Shown here in pieces: positions 56,042 through 64,000 of a DNA stretch of 64,000 bases (positions within the stretch are counted from its first letter, which is position 1; the number at the start of each line of letters is the position of its first letter). The position numbers and the translations under genes were made by a program. Source of the stretch: Anaeromyxobacteraceae bacterium (GTDB lineage Bacteria > Myxococcota > Myxococcia > Myxococcales > Anaeromyxobacteraceae); NCBI GenBank assembly GCA_032654565.1, contig JAULAX010000018.1, positions 416,001-480,000 on the forward strand, read 5' to 3'. Below the pieces are notes generated by a model. The model worked only from the letters and a program-made list of their open reading frames with translations, searched no databases and was not told the origin of the DNA.

Positions 56042-59000
56042 GTGATCCACACCGACGCCCTCGTCGCCGGCGCCCTGGCGCTGGTCCTGGCGCTCCCCGC
56101 GGCCGGGGCGAGCGCCGCCGATCCACGCCCCGCCCCCGGCGGCGGCTCGCTGGGCCAGAAGCGGAGCGTCGGCCCCGACGCCGCGCTGGAGGGGACGCTG
56201 GAGGTGGCCAGGAAGACCGAGCAGGGGCCGGCCGGCCCCAAGCTGGCCTTCGAGCAGTTCCGCGCCGGCATCGAGGTCAAGCTCTCCGGCAAGCGGCGCG
56301 AGGAGATCGCCAGCCTGCAGAAGCTCATCAAGCTCTCGGCCGGCGACGGCGACAGGGACGCCCCCGGCTACTACTTCCGCCTCGCCGAGCTGCTCTGGGA
56401 GGAGTCGCAGTACTTCTTCTTCGAGGCCAACCGCAAGGACGGCGAGATCATCTCCCTCGCCAAGGGCGATCGCCGGCTGGCCCGCCTCCAGGCGGAGCGC
56501 GCCGACGACGACCGGCAGTACAAGGGGCTGCAGAAGCAGGCGGTGGCCCTCTACCGGGCCATCATCAAGAAGTACCCGAAGTACGAGCGGCTCGACGAGG
56601 TGCTCTTCTTCCTGGCCCGCAACCTGCTGCAGCGCGACCGGGCCGACGAGGACGCCATGAAGGCCTACCGGGCGCTCATCAAGAGCTTCCCCGACTCGCC
56701 CTACGTCCCCGACGCCTGGATGGCCTTCGGCGAGTACTACTTCGAGCGGGCCAACAAGGGCGACCGGATGGGCCAGCTGCAGAAGGCGCTGGAGGCCTAC
56801 CGGAAGGCCGCCGGCTACCAGGAGAGCTCGGTCTACGGGTACGCCCTCTACAAGCAGGGCTGGGTGCAGTTCAACCTCGGCAACTTCCCCGCGGCGCTCG
56901 ACCTCTTCCGCGCCGTCGTCTACTTCGGCGAGCTGCCCACCTCCTCGGTCCCGGCCGACCGCAAGCTGGCCCTGGTGAAGGAGGCGAGGAAGGACTACGT
57001 CCGCACCTGGCCGCACGTGGGGAGCGCCGAGGCGGCCTGGGAGGACTTCAAGCGGGTCGGCGGCGAGGCCGGGGTGCGCGAAATGATCCGCACCCTCGGT
57101 GACATCTACTGGACCGACGGCCAGGACCGGGAGGCCATCCTGGTCTACCACCGGCTCATCCGCCAGGACCCGGTGGCGCCCGACGCCCCCATGCTCCAGT
57201 CGCGCATCGTCACCATGGCGGGCCGGCTGGGGAACAAGGCGGTGGCGGTGCAGCAGGCCCACGTCTTCGTCAAGGTCCTCGAGGACTTCGAGGCCTCGCC
57301 GCGGGGCAAGGACCCGGCCAACGCCAAGCTCACCGCCGAGGCCCGCTCCACCGCCGAGAACACCCTGCGCTACCTGGCGCTGCGCTACCACAACGAGTGG
57401 AAGAAGTCGGACGACCAGTCGGTGGCCGGGTACGCCATCAGCGTCTACGCCGACTACCTGGAGGTCTTCGGGGCCAGCCCCTCCGCCTACGAGATGCGCT
57501 TCTTCCACGCCGAGCTGGCCTACGCGCTCGGCAAGTTCGCCGAGGCCGCCGACGAGTACGACCGGGTGGTGCTCCTCGACGTGGCCGCCATGGAGGGCAA
57601 GTCGTCCCAGGCCCGCAGCGGGGAGAGCGGCGCCAAGGCCGGCAAGTGGTTCAACGACGCCCTCGAGGGGGCGCTCTTCGCCCACGAGGAGGCGGTCAAG
57701 GCCCTGCCGCCGCTGGCCGCCCCCCCGGCCGGCCCCAAGAAGCGGATCGCCCTGGCCCCGGCGCGGCTCAAGCTGGCCGCGGCCTACCAGCGCTACGCCC
57801 GCTGGCGGCCCGACGGCAAGCTGGCCTCCAAGGCCGCCTACCGCGGCGCCAAGCTCTCCTACGACCACTACGACTACGTCGAGGCCATCGACCTCTTCAC
57901 CCGCGTGGCCCTCGACCACTCCGCCTCCGAGGAGGCGGAGTACGCCACCAACCTGGTGCTCGACGCCTACAACGAGCTGGCGGACTGGCGGAAGCTCAAC
58001 GCCTGGTCCAAGCGGTTCTACGCCAACCAGCCGCTGCTGGCCGCCCACCCCAAGCTCAAGGACGACCTGCCCAAGGTGATCGAGCAGAGCGCCTTCAAGA
58101 TCATCGAGGAGCAGGAGAAGGCCCGGGAGTGGGAGGCCGCCGCCGAGAGCTACCTGGCCTTCGTGCGCGACTGGCCCAACACCCGCCTGGCGCCGACCGG
58201 CCTCTACAACGCCTCGGTCGACTTCGCCCGCGCCAGCCGCGTCGACAAGGCCATGGAGGTGCGCGACCAGCTGCTGCAGCGCTTCCCCAACGACCCGCTG
58301 GCGCCGCGCTGCCTCTTCGACAACGCCGCCGGCTCCGAGGCCATCGCCGACTTCCAGCGGGCCGCCGACGCCTACGAGCGCTACTTCCAGGCCTGGCGTC
58401 GGACCCGCGGCGCGGCGCCGGCCAAGGCTCCGGCCCCGCCGAGGAAGGACGCCCGGGCGGCGGCCGCCCCGGTCCCGGCCCCGGCGGCGGCCCCGGTCTA
58501 CGAGGAGAAGAAGGCGCTCGACGCCATCGTCAACGCCGCGGTCTTCCGCGTCGGCCTGCGCGACTGGGCCCGGGCCGAGGCCGACAGCCTGGCCTACCTG
58601 GAGGCCTGGCCGGACGGCGAGGACGCGGCGCGCATGTCGCTCTCGCTGGCCGACCTGGCGGCGCGCCAGGGGCCGGCCCAGAAGGAGCTGACCCGGCTCG
58701 AGGAGTACCAGCGGCGCTTCGCCAAGACCCCCGACGAGTGGCTGGCGGCGCAGCAGCGCATCGTCCGGGTGATGGAGAAGGCCGGCAACGCCGCCGGGGC
58801 CCGGGCCGCGCAGGAGCAGGGGTTCGACTACTGGAAGCGGAACCGCGCCCAGGTGAAGGACAAGGGGCTCACCGTCGGCGCCGAGGGGATGTTCCGGGCG
58901 CTGGAGCCGGCCTGGGCCGAGTACCAGAAGCTCAACCTGAACATCCGGCAGAGCGACCTCAAGTACCAGCTGGAGCGGATGGCCGGGAAGCTCAAGAAGC

Positions 59001-59605
59001 TGGAGGAGGAGTACACCGCGGTGGTGAAGCTCGGCGTGGCCGGGCCGGCGGTCTGCTCGCTGGAGCGGATCGGCATGCTCTACAAGCACTTCGGCCGCGT
59101 GCTCACCGAGGCGCCGGTGCCCCGCGAGATCAAGAACGACAAGGAGCTGGTCGAGGTCTACAAGGCCTCGCTGGCCGAGCAGGCCGAGCCGCTGGAGACC
59201 AAGGCCCAGGACGGCTTCGAGCTGGCGGCCACCAAGGCCCGCGAGCTCGGCGTGCGCAACGACTGCGCCACCCGGTCGATGCAGGCGGCGATGACCAAGA
59301 AGCCGGAGCTCGGCCCCACCCTGGAGGCCCTGCCCACCCTGGCCGCCGTCGAGTTCACCGAGGCGCCGAGGGGCTATGGCCTGCTGGCGGCCCTCGAGCC
59401 GGTGGCGCCGGTGGCGAAGCGCCCGGCCACGCCGGCCCGCGGCGGCGCCGCGACACCGGCCCCGCCGCTGCGAGCGCCGGCCCCGGCCAAGGGGATGCCC
59501 AGGCCGGGGGCCCGGGGCAAGGAGAAGGCGGCGCCGGCCCAGACCTCCACCGATGATCCGCTGCCGCGCCCGAAGAAGGGTGACGACGAGGACCTGCTCC
59601 AGTGA
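56042..59605 (+). CDS. gltD: Large periplasmic TPR protein GltD/AgmU
   Basis: 1187 aa, signal peptide, multiple TPR clusters, upstream of gltE-F-G. Confidence 0.72.
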   Translation: MIHTDALVAGALALVLALPAAGASAADPRPAPGGGSLGQKRSVGPDAALEGTLEVARKTEQGPAGPKLAFEQFRAGIEVKLSGKRREEIASLQKLIKLSAGDGDRDAPGYYFRLAELLWEESQYFFFEANRKDGEIISLAKGDRRLARLQAERADDDRQYKGLQKQAVALYRAIIKKYPKYERLDEVLFFLARNLLQRDRADEDAMKAYRALIKSFPDSPYVPDAWMAFGEYYFERANKGDRMGQLQKALEAYRKAAGYQESSVYGYALYKQGWVQFNLGNFPAALDLFRAVVYFGELPTSSVPADRKLALVKEARKDYVRTWPHVGSAEAAWEDFKRVGGEAGVREMIRTLGDIYWTDGQDREAILVYHRLIRQDPVAPDAPMLQSRIVTMAGRLGNKAVAVQQAHVFVKVLEDFEASPRGKDPANAKLTAEARSTAENTLRYLALRYHNEWKKSDDQSVAGYAISVYADYLEVFGASPSAYEMRFFHAELAYALGKFAEAADEYDRVVLLDVAAMEGKSSQARSGESGAKAGKWFNDALEGALFAHEEAVKALPPLAAPPAGPKKRIALAPARLKLAAAYQRYARWRPDGKLASKAAYRGAKLSYDHYDYVEAIDLFTRVALDHSASEEAEYATNLVLDAYNELADWRKLNAWSKRFYANQPLLAAHPKLKDDLPKVIEQSAFKIIEEQEKAREWEAAAESYLAFVRDWPNTRLAPTGLYNASVDFARASRVDKAMEVRDQLLQRFPNDPLAPRCLFDNAAGSEAIADFQRAADAYERYFQAWRRTRGAAPAKAPAPPRKDARAAAAPVPAPAAAPVYEEKKALDAIVNAAVFRVGLRDWARAEADSLAYLEAWPDGEDAARMSLSLADLAARQGPAQKELTRLEEYQRRFAKTPDEWLAAQQRIVRVMEKAGNAAGARAAQEQGFDYWKRNRAQVKDKGLTVGAEGMFRALEPAWAEYQKLNLNIRQSDLKYQLERMAGKLKKLEEEYTAVVKLGVAGPAVCSLERIGMLYKHFGRVLTEAPVPREIKNDKELVEVYKASLAEQAEPLETKAQDGFELAATKARELGVRNDCATRSMQAAMTKKPELGPTLEALPTLAAVEFTEAPRGYGLLAALEPVAPVAKRPATPARGGAATPAPPLRAPAPAKGMPRPGARGKEKAAPAQTSTDDPLPRPKKGDDEDLLQ

Positions 59606-60873
59606 CCCCCACCGCCACCCGCAGCCCCGCCGCCCTCCCGCTCGTCGCCCTGCTGCTGGCCGGCTGCGCCGGCGCCCCGGCGGCGCCCACCCCGGCGGAG
59701 AGGCCGCCGCGCCCGGAGGCCCCCCGCGTCCAGGCCCGGCCGGCGCCCGGGGAGCCGCTCACCGAGGCCGGCCGCCGCCTCTTCGACGAGGCGGTGCGGA
59801 CCCACGAGGAGATGCTGAAGGCCAAGGCCGTCGACTGGGCCATCCTGGAGCGGCGCTGGCGGGCCGCCGCCGACGCCACCGGCGCCCCCGAGGCCTCCTT
59901 CAACCTCGGGGTCACGCTGGAGCGGCAGGGGCGCGACGCCGAGGCGCGCGCCGAGTACCAGCTGGCCCTGGCCGGTCGGCCGCTCAAGCAGGCGGCCGCC
60001 AACCTCGGGGTGCTCATGGAGAAGGCGGGCGACGCCCGGGGCGCCCAGGCCGCCTACGACGCGGTGGCCCGCGACTACGCTGACGACGCGGTCTCCCGCG
60101 AGCGGCTGGCCGCGCTCTACCGCCAGTCCGGCCAGCTCGACGAGGCCTGGCACCAGGCCCGCGAGGCGCTGCTGCGCGACCCCACCTCCACCGGCGCCCG
60201 CAAGACCATGCTCCGGGTGGCGCTGGCCCGCGGCGACCTCGACCTGGCGCGGCTGGTGGCGCTGCGGCTGCAGAAGAGCGCCCCCGACGACGCCGAGGTG
60301 GCCTGGCTCTCCGGCCTGCTGCTGGCCCGGCAGGGGGACGACGCCGGCGCCTCGGCCCAGTGGAAGAAGGCGCTGGCGCTCCAGCCCGGGCTGGTGGCGG
60401 CCCGCGCCGGCCTGCTCCAGGTGGCGGTCCGCGAGGAGCGCTGGGGCGAGGTGGAGACCCTGGCCTCCCGGGCGCTGGCCGACGATCCCGCCAACGCCGC
60501 GATCCAGCTGGTGCTCGGCATCGCCCTGCGCCACGGCGGCAAGCCGGAGGAGGCGCTGGCGGCCTACGCCGCCGCCGAGCAGCTGGCCGCCGGGAAGCTC
60601 CCCGAGGTCCTCCTGGCCCGGGGCGTGCTGCTGATGCGCGACAAGGGGGACTGCGCCGGGGCGCTGCGCGACCTCGACCAGTACGAGCGGGCCGCCGGCC
60701 CGGTCCTGCCGCAGGGCTCGCCGGCGCCCCGGCTGATCCGCGAGTGCCAGGAGCAGGTGGAGCAGGCGCGCCTGGCCGTCGAGGCCGCCCGGCAGATGAA
60801 GCTCGAGGCCGACAAGAAGGCCGATATCGCGCCCCCTCCTCCCCCCGGGCCTCCACCCGGGACCAAGCCCTGA
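59602..60873 (+). CDS. gltE: TPR lipoprotein GltE/AglT
   Basis: LLAGC lipobox, TPRs, synteny. Confidence 0.7.
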   Translation: MTPTATRSPAALPLVALLLAGCAGAPAAPTPAERPPRPEAPRVQARPAPGEPLTEAGRRLFDEAVRTHEEMLKAKAVDWAILERRWRAAADATGAPEASFNLGVTLERQGRDAEARAEYQLALAGRPLKQAAANLGVLMEKAGDARGAQAAYDAVARDYADDAVSRERLAALYRQSGQLDEAWHQAREALLRDPTSTGARKTMLRVALARGDLDLARLVALRLQKSAPDDAEVAWLSGLLLARQGDDAGASAQWKKALALQPGLVAARAGLLQVAVREERWGEVETLASRALADDPANAAIQLVLGIALRHGGKPEEALAAYAAAEQLAAGKLPEVLLARGVLLMRDKGDCAGALRDLDQYERAAGPVLPQGSPAPRLIRECQEQVEQARLAVEAARQMKLEADKKADIAPPPPPGPPPGTKP

Positions 60874-60917
60874 GCTCTTTCGCCCCCACGCCGCAGCGGT
60901 GGTAAGCTCCCGTGAAC

Positions 60918-61187
60918 ATGAGGTCCTCGCCCATGCGCACCCTGGTCCTGCTGGTCCTGATCGCCGCTCCCCTGGCGTCGCTCGCCCAGGACAAGGCGGA
61001 GCCCAAGCCCACCGTCACCTACGAGAAGCGGACCGAGATCAACTTCGAGGACGACACCATCAGCGGCGACCTGAAGCGCCCCGACGGTGAATACGTCGAG
61101 TCCCGGCGCAAGGTCTCGCACTCCAACCTCATCCGGATCCGCGAGAACTGGCGGGACAAGGTGATGCAGGCCTCCGGGGAGCTCTAG
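60918..61187 (+). CDS. gltF: Small gliding-motility protein CglF/GltF
   Basis: Signal peptide, YEKRTEINFEDDTISGDLKRPDG...LIRIRENW; start 60918 or 60933. Confidence 0.78.
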   Translation: MRSSPMRTLVLLVLIAAPLASLAQDKAEPKPTVTYEKRTEINFEDDTISGDLKRPDGEYVESRRKVSHSNLIRIRENWRDKVMQASGEL

Positions 61188-61192
61188 GCGAG

Positions 61193-63259
61193 ATGGCGAC
61201 GCCCATCACCCTCCAGGTGTATCGCGGCGACCAGCTGCTGCGGGCCGAGCAGTTCACCCGCGACATCATCAAGATCGGGCGGCTGGCGACGGCGCACCTG
61301 CCGCTCGACGACGACCGGGTCTCGCGCATCCACGCGGTGATCGAGGTGGCCGCCGACGGCGCCGTCTCGGTGATCGACATGGGGAGCGCCGAGGGGACCT
61401 TCGTCAATGGCCGAAAGGTCTCGCGGAGCCTCTTCAGGCCCGGGGACCAGCTCACCGTGGGCGGACTCCGAATCGCCCTGGTGGTCGAGGGTGGCGCCGC
61501 GGTGCCGGCGGCTCCACCCGCGCCCGCCCCGGCACCGCCCCCGGTGGCCGCCGCGCCGGTCGCCGCGCCGGTGGCGGCGAGGGTCGCGGCCGCCGTGCCC
61601 GCCCCTGCCGCGGCACCCCCACCCCCACCCGCACCCGCTCCCGCCGCTCCGGCGGCCCCGGCCGCCGTGGTTTCGCCGCCGCGAGCCGCGCCGTCGGCGC
61701 CCGCTCCGGTCGCTGCCGCCCCGCCGGTCGCCGCCGCCCCCGCCGTCGCCGTCGCCGCGGTGGCCGCGGTGGCCGCACCCTCCGCCCCGGCGGCGAAGAG
61801 GCCCGCCGGCAAGACGCCGGCCCGCAAGGCCTGGCGCCTGTCGCGAGCCTCGGGCCTCGCCGAGGAGATCTCCGGCGACCACGGCGTCGAGCTCCGCCTG
61901 CTCTGGGGTGACACCCTGGTCGACGCCGCCGCCTTCCTGGCGCCCCGGGGGCCGGTGCTGATCGGCGAGGGGCCCGGCTGCGCCCTGGCCGTCCCCGCCA
62001 GCCACCTGCCCTCGCCCCAGTACCCGGTCCTCCGCTACGGCGGCGGCGAGTACCAGTTCGCCTTCGCCCGCGGCATGACCGGCGCCCTCGAGGAGAAGGG
62101 GGCCCGCGCCTCGCTGGCCGAGCTGGTCAAGAGCCGCCGGGCCAGCGCCGACGCCACCGTCCAGGGCGGCTTCACCGTCGCCGTGCCGCGCGCCGGGGCG
62201 GTCCGCGCCGAGCTGGGGTCGGGCCTGGCCATCGAGGCCCGGGCCCGCCGCCCCGAGGTGCTCGAGGTGCCGCCCTGGTGGGAGCGCATCAACTACCAGT
62301 TCCTCAACCTCTTCCTGGTGCTGCTCTTCCTCCAGGCCGGCTTCATCGTCGCCTCCAACAACTTCCCCTACGAGACCGACGTCCTCGCCGACGACCTCTT
62401 CAAGAACCCGTCGCGGATGGCCAAGTTCATCATCAAGCCGCCCGAGGCCCCCAAGCCGGCCGAGAAGCTGCCCGGCGAGAAGGCCGCCAAGAAGGAGGAG
62501 CAGTCGGGCGAGATGGCCGAGAAGCACAAGGGCGAGGAGGGCAAGATGGGCAAGAAGGACGCGCCCAAGACCGACGGCAAGTCGGCGCCCAAGGCCATCG
62601 ACCCCAACGCCAAGGAGGTGGTCAAGCGCATGGGCGTGCTGGGCGCGCTCGGCCGCGGCGGCGGCGGCGGCCTGGCCACCATCCTCGGCTCCGGCGGCCT
62701 GGGCGGCGACGTCCGTGGCGCCGTCGGCAACATGTTCGGCAACGCCGTGGGGGACAGCCTCGGCTTCGGCGGCCTCGGCGTGCGCGGCACCGGCGCCGGC
62801 GGCGGCGGCGCCGGCGAGACCGTGGGCATCGGCGGCATCGGCACCAAGGGGCGCGGCGGCGGCCTGGGCGGCTACGGCCAGGGCGTCGGCAGCCTCGGGC
62901 GCAAGACCGACCGCGACGTGGCCATCACCGCCGGCACCGCCATGGTGATGGGCTCCATCGACAAGGAGCTGATCCGCAAGGTGATCCAGGAGCACGCCGC
63001 GCAGATCCGCTTCTGCTACGAGGAGCAGCTGGCGGTGAACCCCAAGCTGGCCGGCAAGGTGGCCATCAAGTGGGTCATCGACGCCGACGGCAACGCCTCC
63101 AACGCCAGCGTCGACGCCGGCTCGACCACCCTGGCCAGCGACAAGGTCCACCAGTGCATGATGGCCCGCATCGTCAGCTGGCAGTTCCCCAAGCCCAAGG
63201 GCGGCGGCATCGCCGTCATCACCTATCCCTGGATCCTGCGGGCCTCGGGCCTGGAGTAG
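61193..63259 (+). CDS. gltG: GltG/PglI: FHA domain, Pro/Ala linker, TM, Gly-rich linker, TonB-C-like domain
   Basis: KIGR...VSRIHA...SAEGTFVNG; IRFCYE...FPKPKGGG...YP. Confidence 0.82.
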   Translation: MATPITLQVYRGDQLLRAEQFTRDIIKIGRLATAHLPLDDDRVSRIHAVIEVAADGAVSVIDMGSAEGTFVNGRKVSRSLFRPGDQLTVGGLRIALVVEGGAAVPAAPPAPAPAPPPVAAAPVAAPVAARVAAAVPAPAAAPPPPPAPAPAAPAAPAAVVSPPRAAPSAPAPVAAAPPVAAAPAVAVAAVAAVAAPSAPAAKRPAGKTPARKAWRLSRASGLAEEISGDHGVELRLLWGDTLVDAAAFLAPRGPVLIGEGPGCALAVPASHLPSPQYPVLRYGGGEYQFAFARGMTGALEEKGARASLAELVKSRRASADATVQGGFTVAVPRAGAVRAELGSGLAIEARARRPEVLEVPPWWERINYQFLNLFLVLLFLQAGFIVASNNFPYETDVLADDLFKNPSRMAKFIIKPPEAPKPAEKLPGEKAAKKEEQSGEMAEKHKGEEGKMGKKDAPKTDGKSAPKAIDPNAKEVVKRMGVLGALGRGGGGGLATILGSGGLGGDVRGAVGNMFGNAVGDSLGFGGLGVRGTGAGGGGAGETVGIGGIGTKGRGGGLGGYGQGVGSLGRKTDRDVAITAGTAMVMGSIDKELIRKVIQEHAAQIRFCYEEQLAVNPKLAGKVAIKWVIDADGNASNASVDAGSTTLASDKVHQCMMARIVSWQFPKPKGGGIAVITYPWILRASGLE

Positions 63260-63272
63260 GAGAGGAGCCGCC

Positions 63273-63917
63273 GTGTCCCGCCTGGTCCCCTGCCGCGGTC
63301 TGCTCCTGGTGATGGCGATCCTCGCCGCGGCGAACGGCGCCCCGGCCCGTGCCCAGGACGCCGCCCCGGCCCCCGTCGAGGATCCGCGGGCCCCCAGGTA
63401 CAAGGACGTCGAGCGCGGCCTCTTCATCGGCTTCGAGGCCGGCTGGCTGGGGCTGCTGAAGACGCCCAACCAGGACCCCGCCCGGTTCCCGTTCGCCACC
63501 GGCGGCGGCGGCGCGGCCCAGGGCTCGGTCATCGGCCTGCACCTCGGCTACGACCTCACCGAGCGGCTGGCGGTGGCGCTGTTCGCCGAGGGGGCCAGCG
63601 AGAAGGCCAGCTCCTCCTACGGCGCCTTCGACCTGCTGGTGGGCGGCCTCGACCTGCGCTGGGCCTTCTACGGCGCCAAGGACCGGAACGGCTACCAGCG
63701 CTTCTTCGTCTACGCCCACGGGCGCGGCGGCTACCTGCTCACCCACCCCAAGGGACTCTTCGGCGACACCGACCTGCTGGTCGGCGGTGGCCTCGGCGCC
63801 GAGTACTTCACGCAGCTCCGTCACTTCTCGGTGGGGCTGCAGGTCGACGGCCTGTACGTGCTCTCCGCCAAGGCGCCCGGCTTCGCCGTCACGCCGCTGG
63901 TGCGGTACACGTTCTAG
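63273..63917 (+). CDS. gltH: Outer-membrane beta-barrel CglE/GltH-like
   Basis: Signal peptide, amphipathic strands, terminal RYTF, directly after gltG. Confidence 0.65.
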   Translation: MSRLVPCRGLLLVMAILAAANGAPARAQDAAPAPVEDPRAPRYKDVERGLFIGFEAGWLGLLKTPNQDPARFPFATGGGGAAQGSVIGLHLGYDLTERLAVALFAEGASEKASSSYGAFDLLVGGLDLRWAFYGAKDRNGYQRFFVYAHGRGGYLLTHPKGLFGDTDLLVGGGLGAEYFTQLRHFSVGLQVDGLYVLSAKAPGFAVTPLVRYTF

Positions 63918-63935
63918 TCTCGAGCCGGGGGGCGG

Positions 63936-64000
63936 ATGGACCAGCAGATCAGGGCTCACCTGGAGACCCTCGAGGCCGCCCCCGGCGACGCCGAGGCCTT
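63936..64000 (+). CDS. Start of next CDS (possibly GltI/AgmK-like TPR protein), partial
   Basis: ATG at 63936, MDQQIRAHLETLEAAPGDAEA...; identity from synteny only. Confidence 0.4.
   Translation, partial: MDQQIRAHLETLEAAPGDAEA

Noticed and set aside
61500..61800. Repeat element within gltG, and KKAEP repeats in gltC
   Set aside because: In-frame low-complexity protein linkers, not independent DNA elements

Overview
High-GC myxobacterial chromosome segment (Anaeromyxobacter-like, inferred from gene content). It is mostly housekeeping and envelope genes: Ser/Thr kinase, REC-HD-GYP, glgX, an atypical rho, sppA, thyX, a Liv-type ABC transporter, a frameshifted asd, argJ, an HtrA-like protease, tRNA-Cys, a molybdopterin oxidoreductase, a complete cbb3 oxidase operon with maturation genes, acnB, and one contiguous Glt/Cgl gliding-motility cluster that runs off the right end. 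The most unusual signal is non-coding. A stand-alone HUH/Y1 (RAYT-like) transposase at 11579-12481 has a sigma54-like promoter and is bracketed by inverted GTAG+hairpin motifs. The same core (GAACTACTCYGGG / CCCRGAGTAGTTC) recurs across the window: as three copies spaced exactly 36 bp apart with dissimilar 23-bp spacers (17284-17368), as a tandem mosaic (28728-28829), in a palindrome-dense intergenic block (42979-43260), and possibly inside livF. All calls come from reading motifs by eye; no database searches were run.
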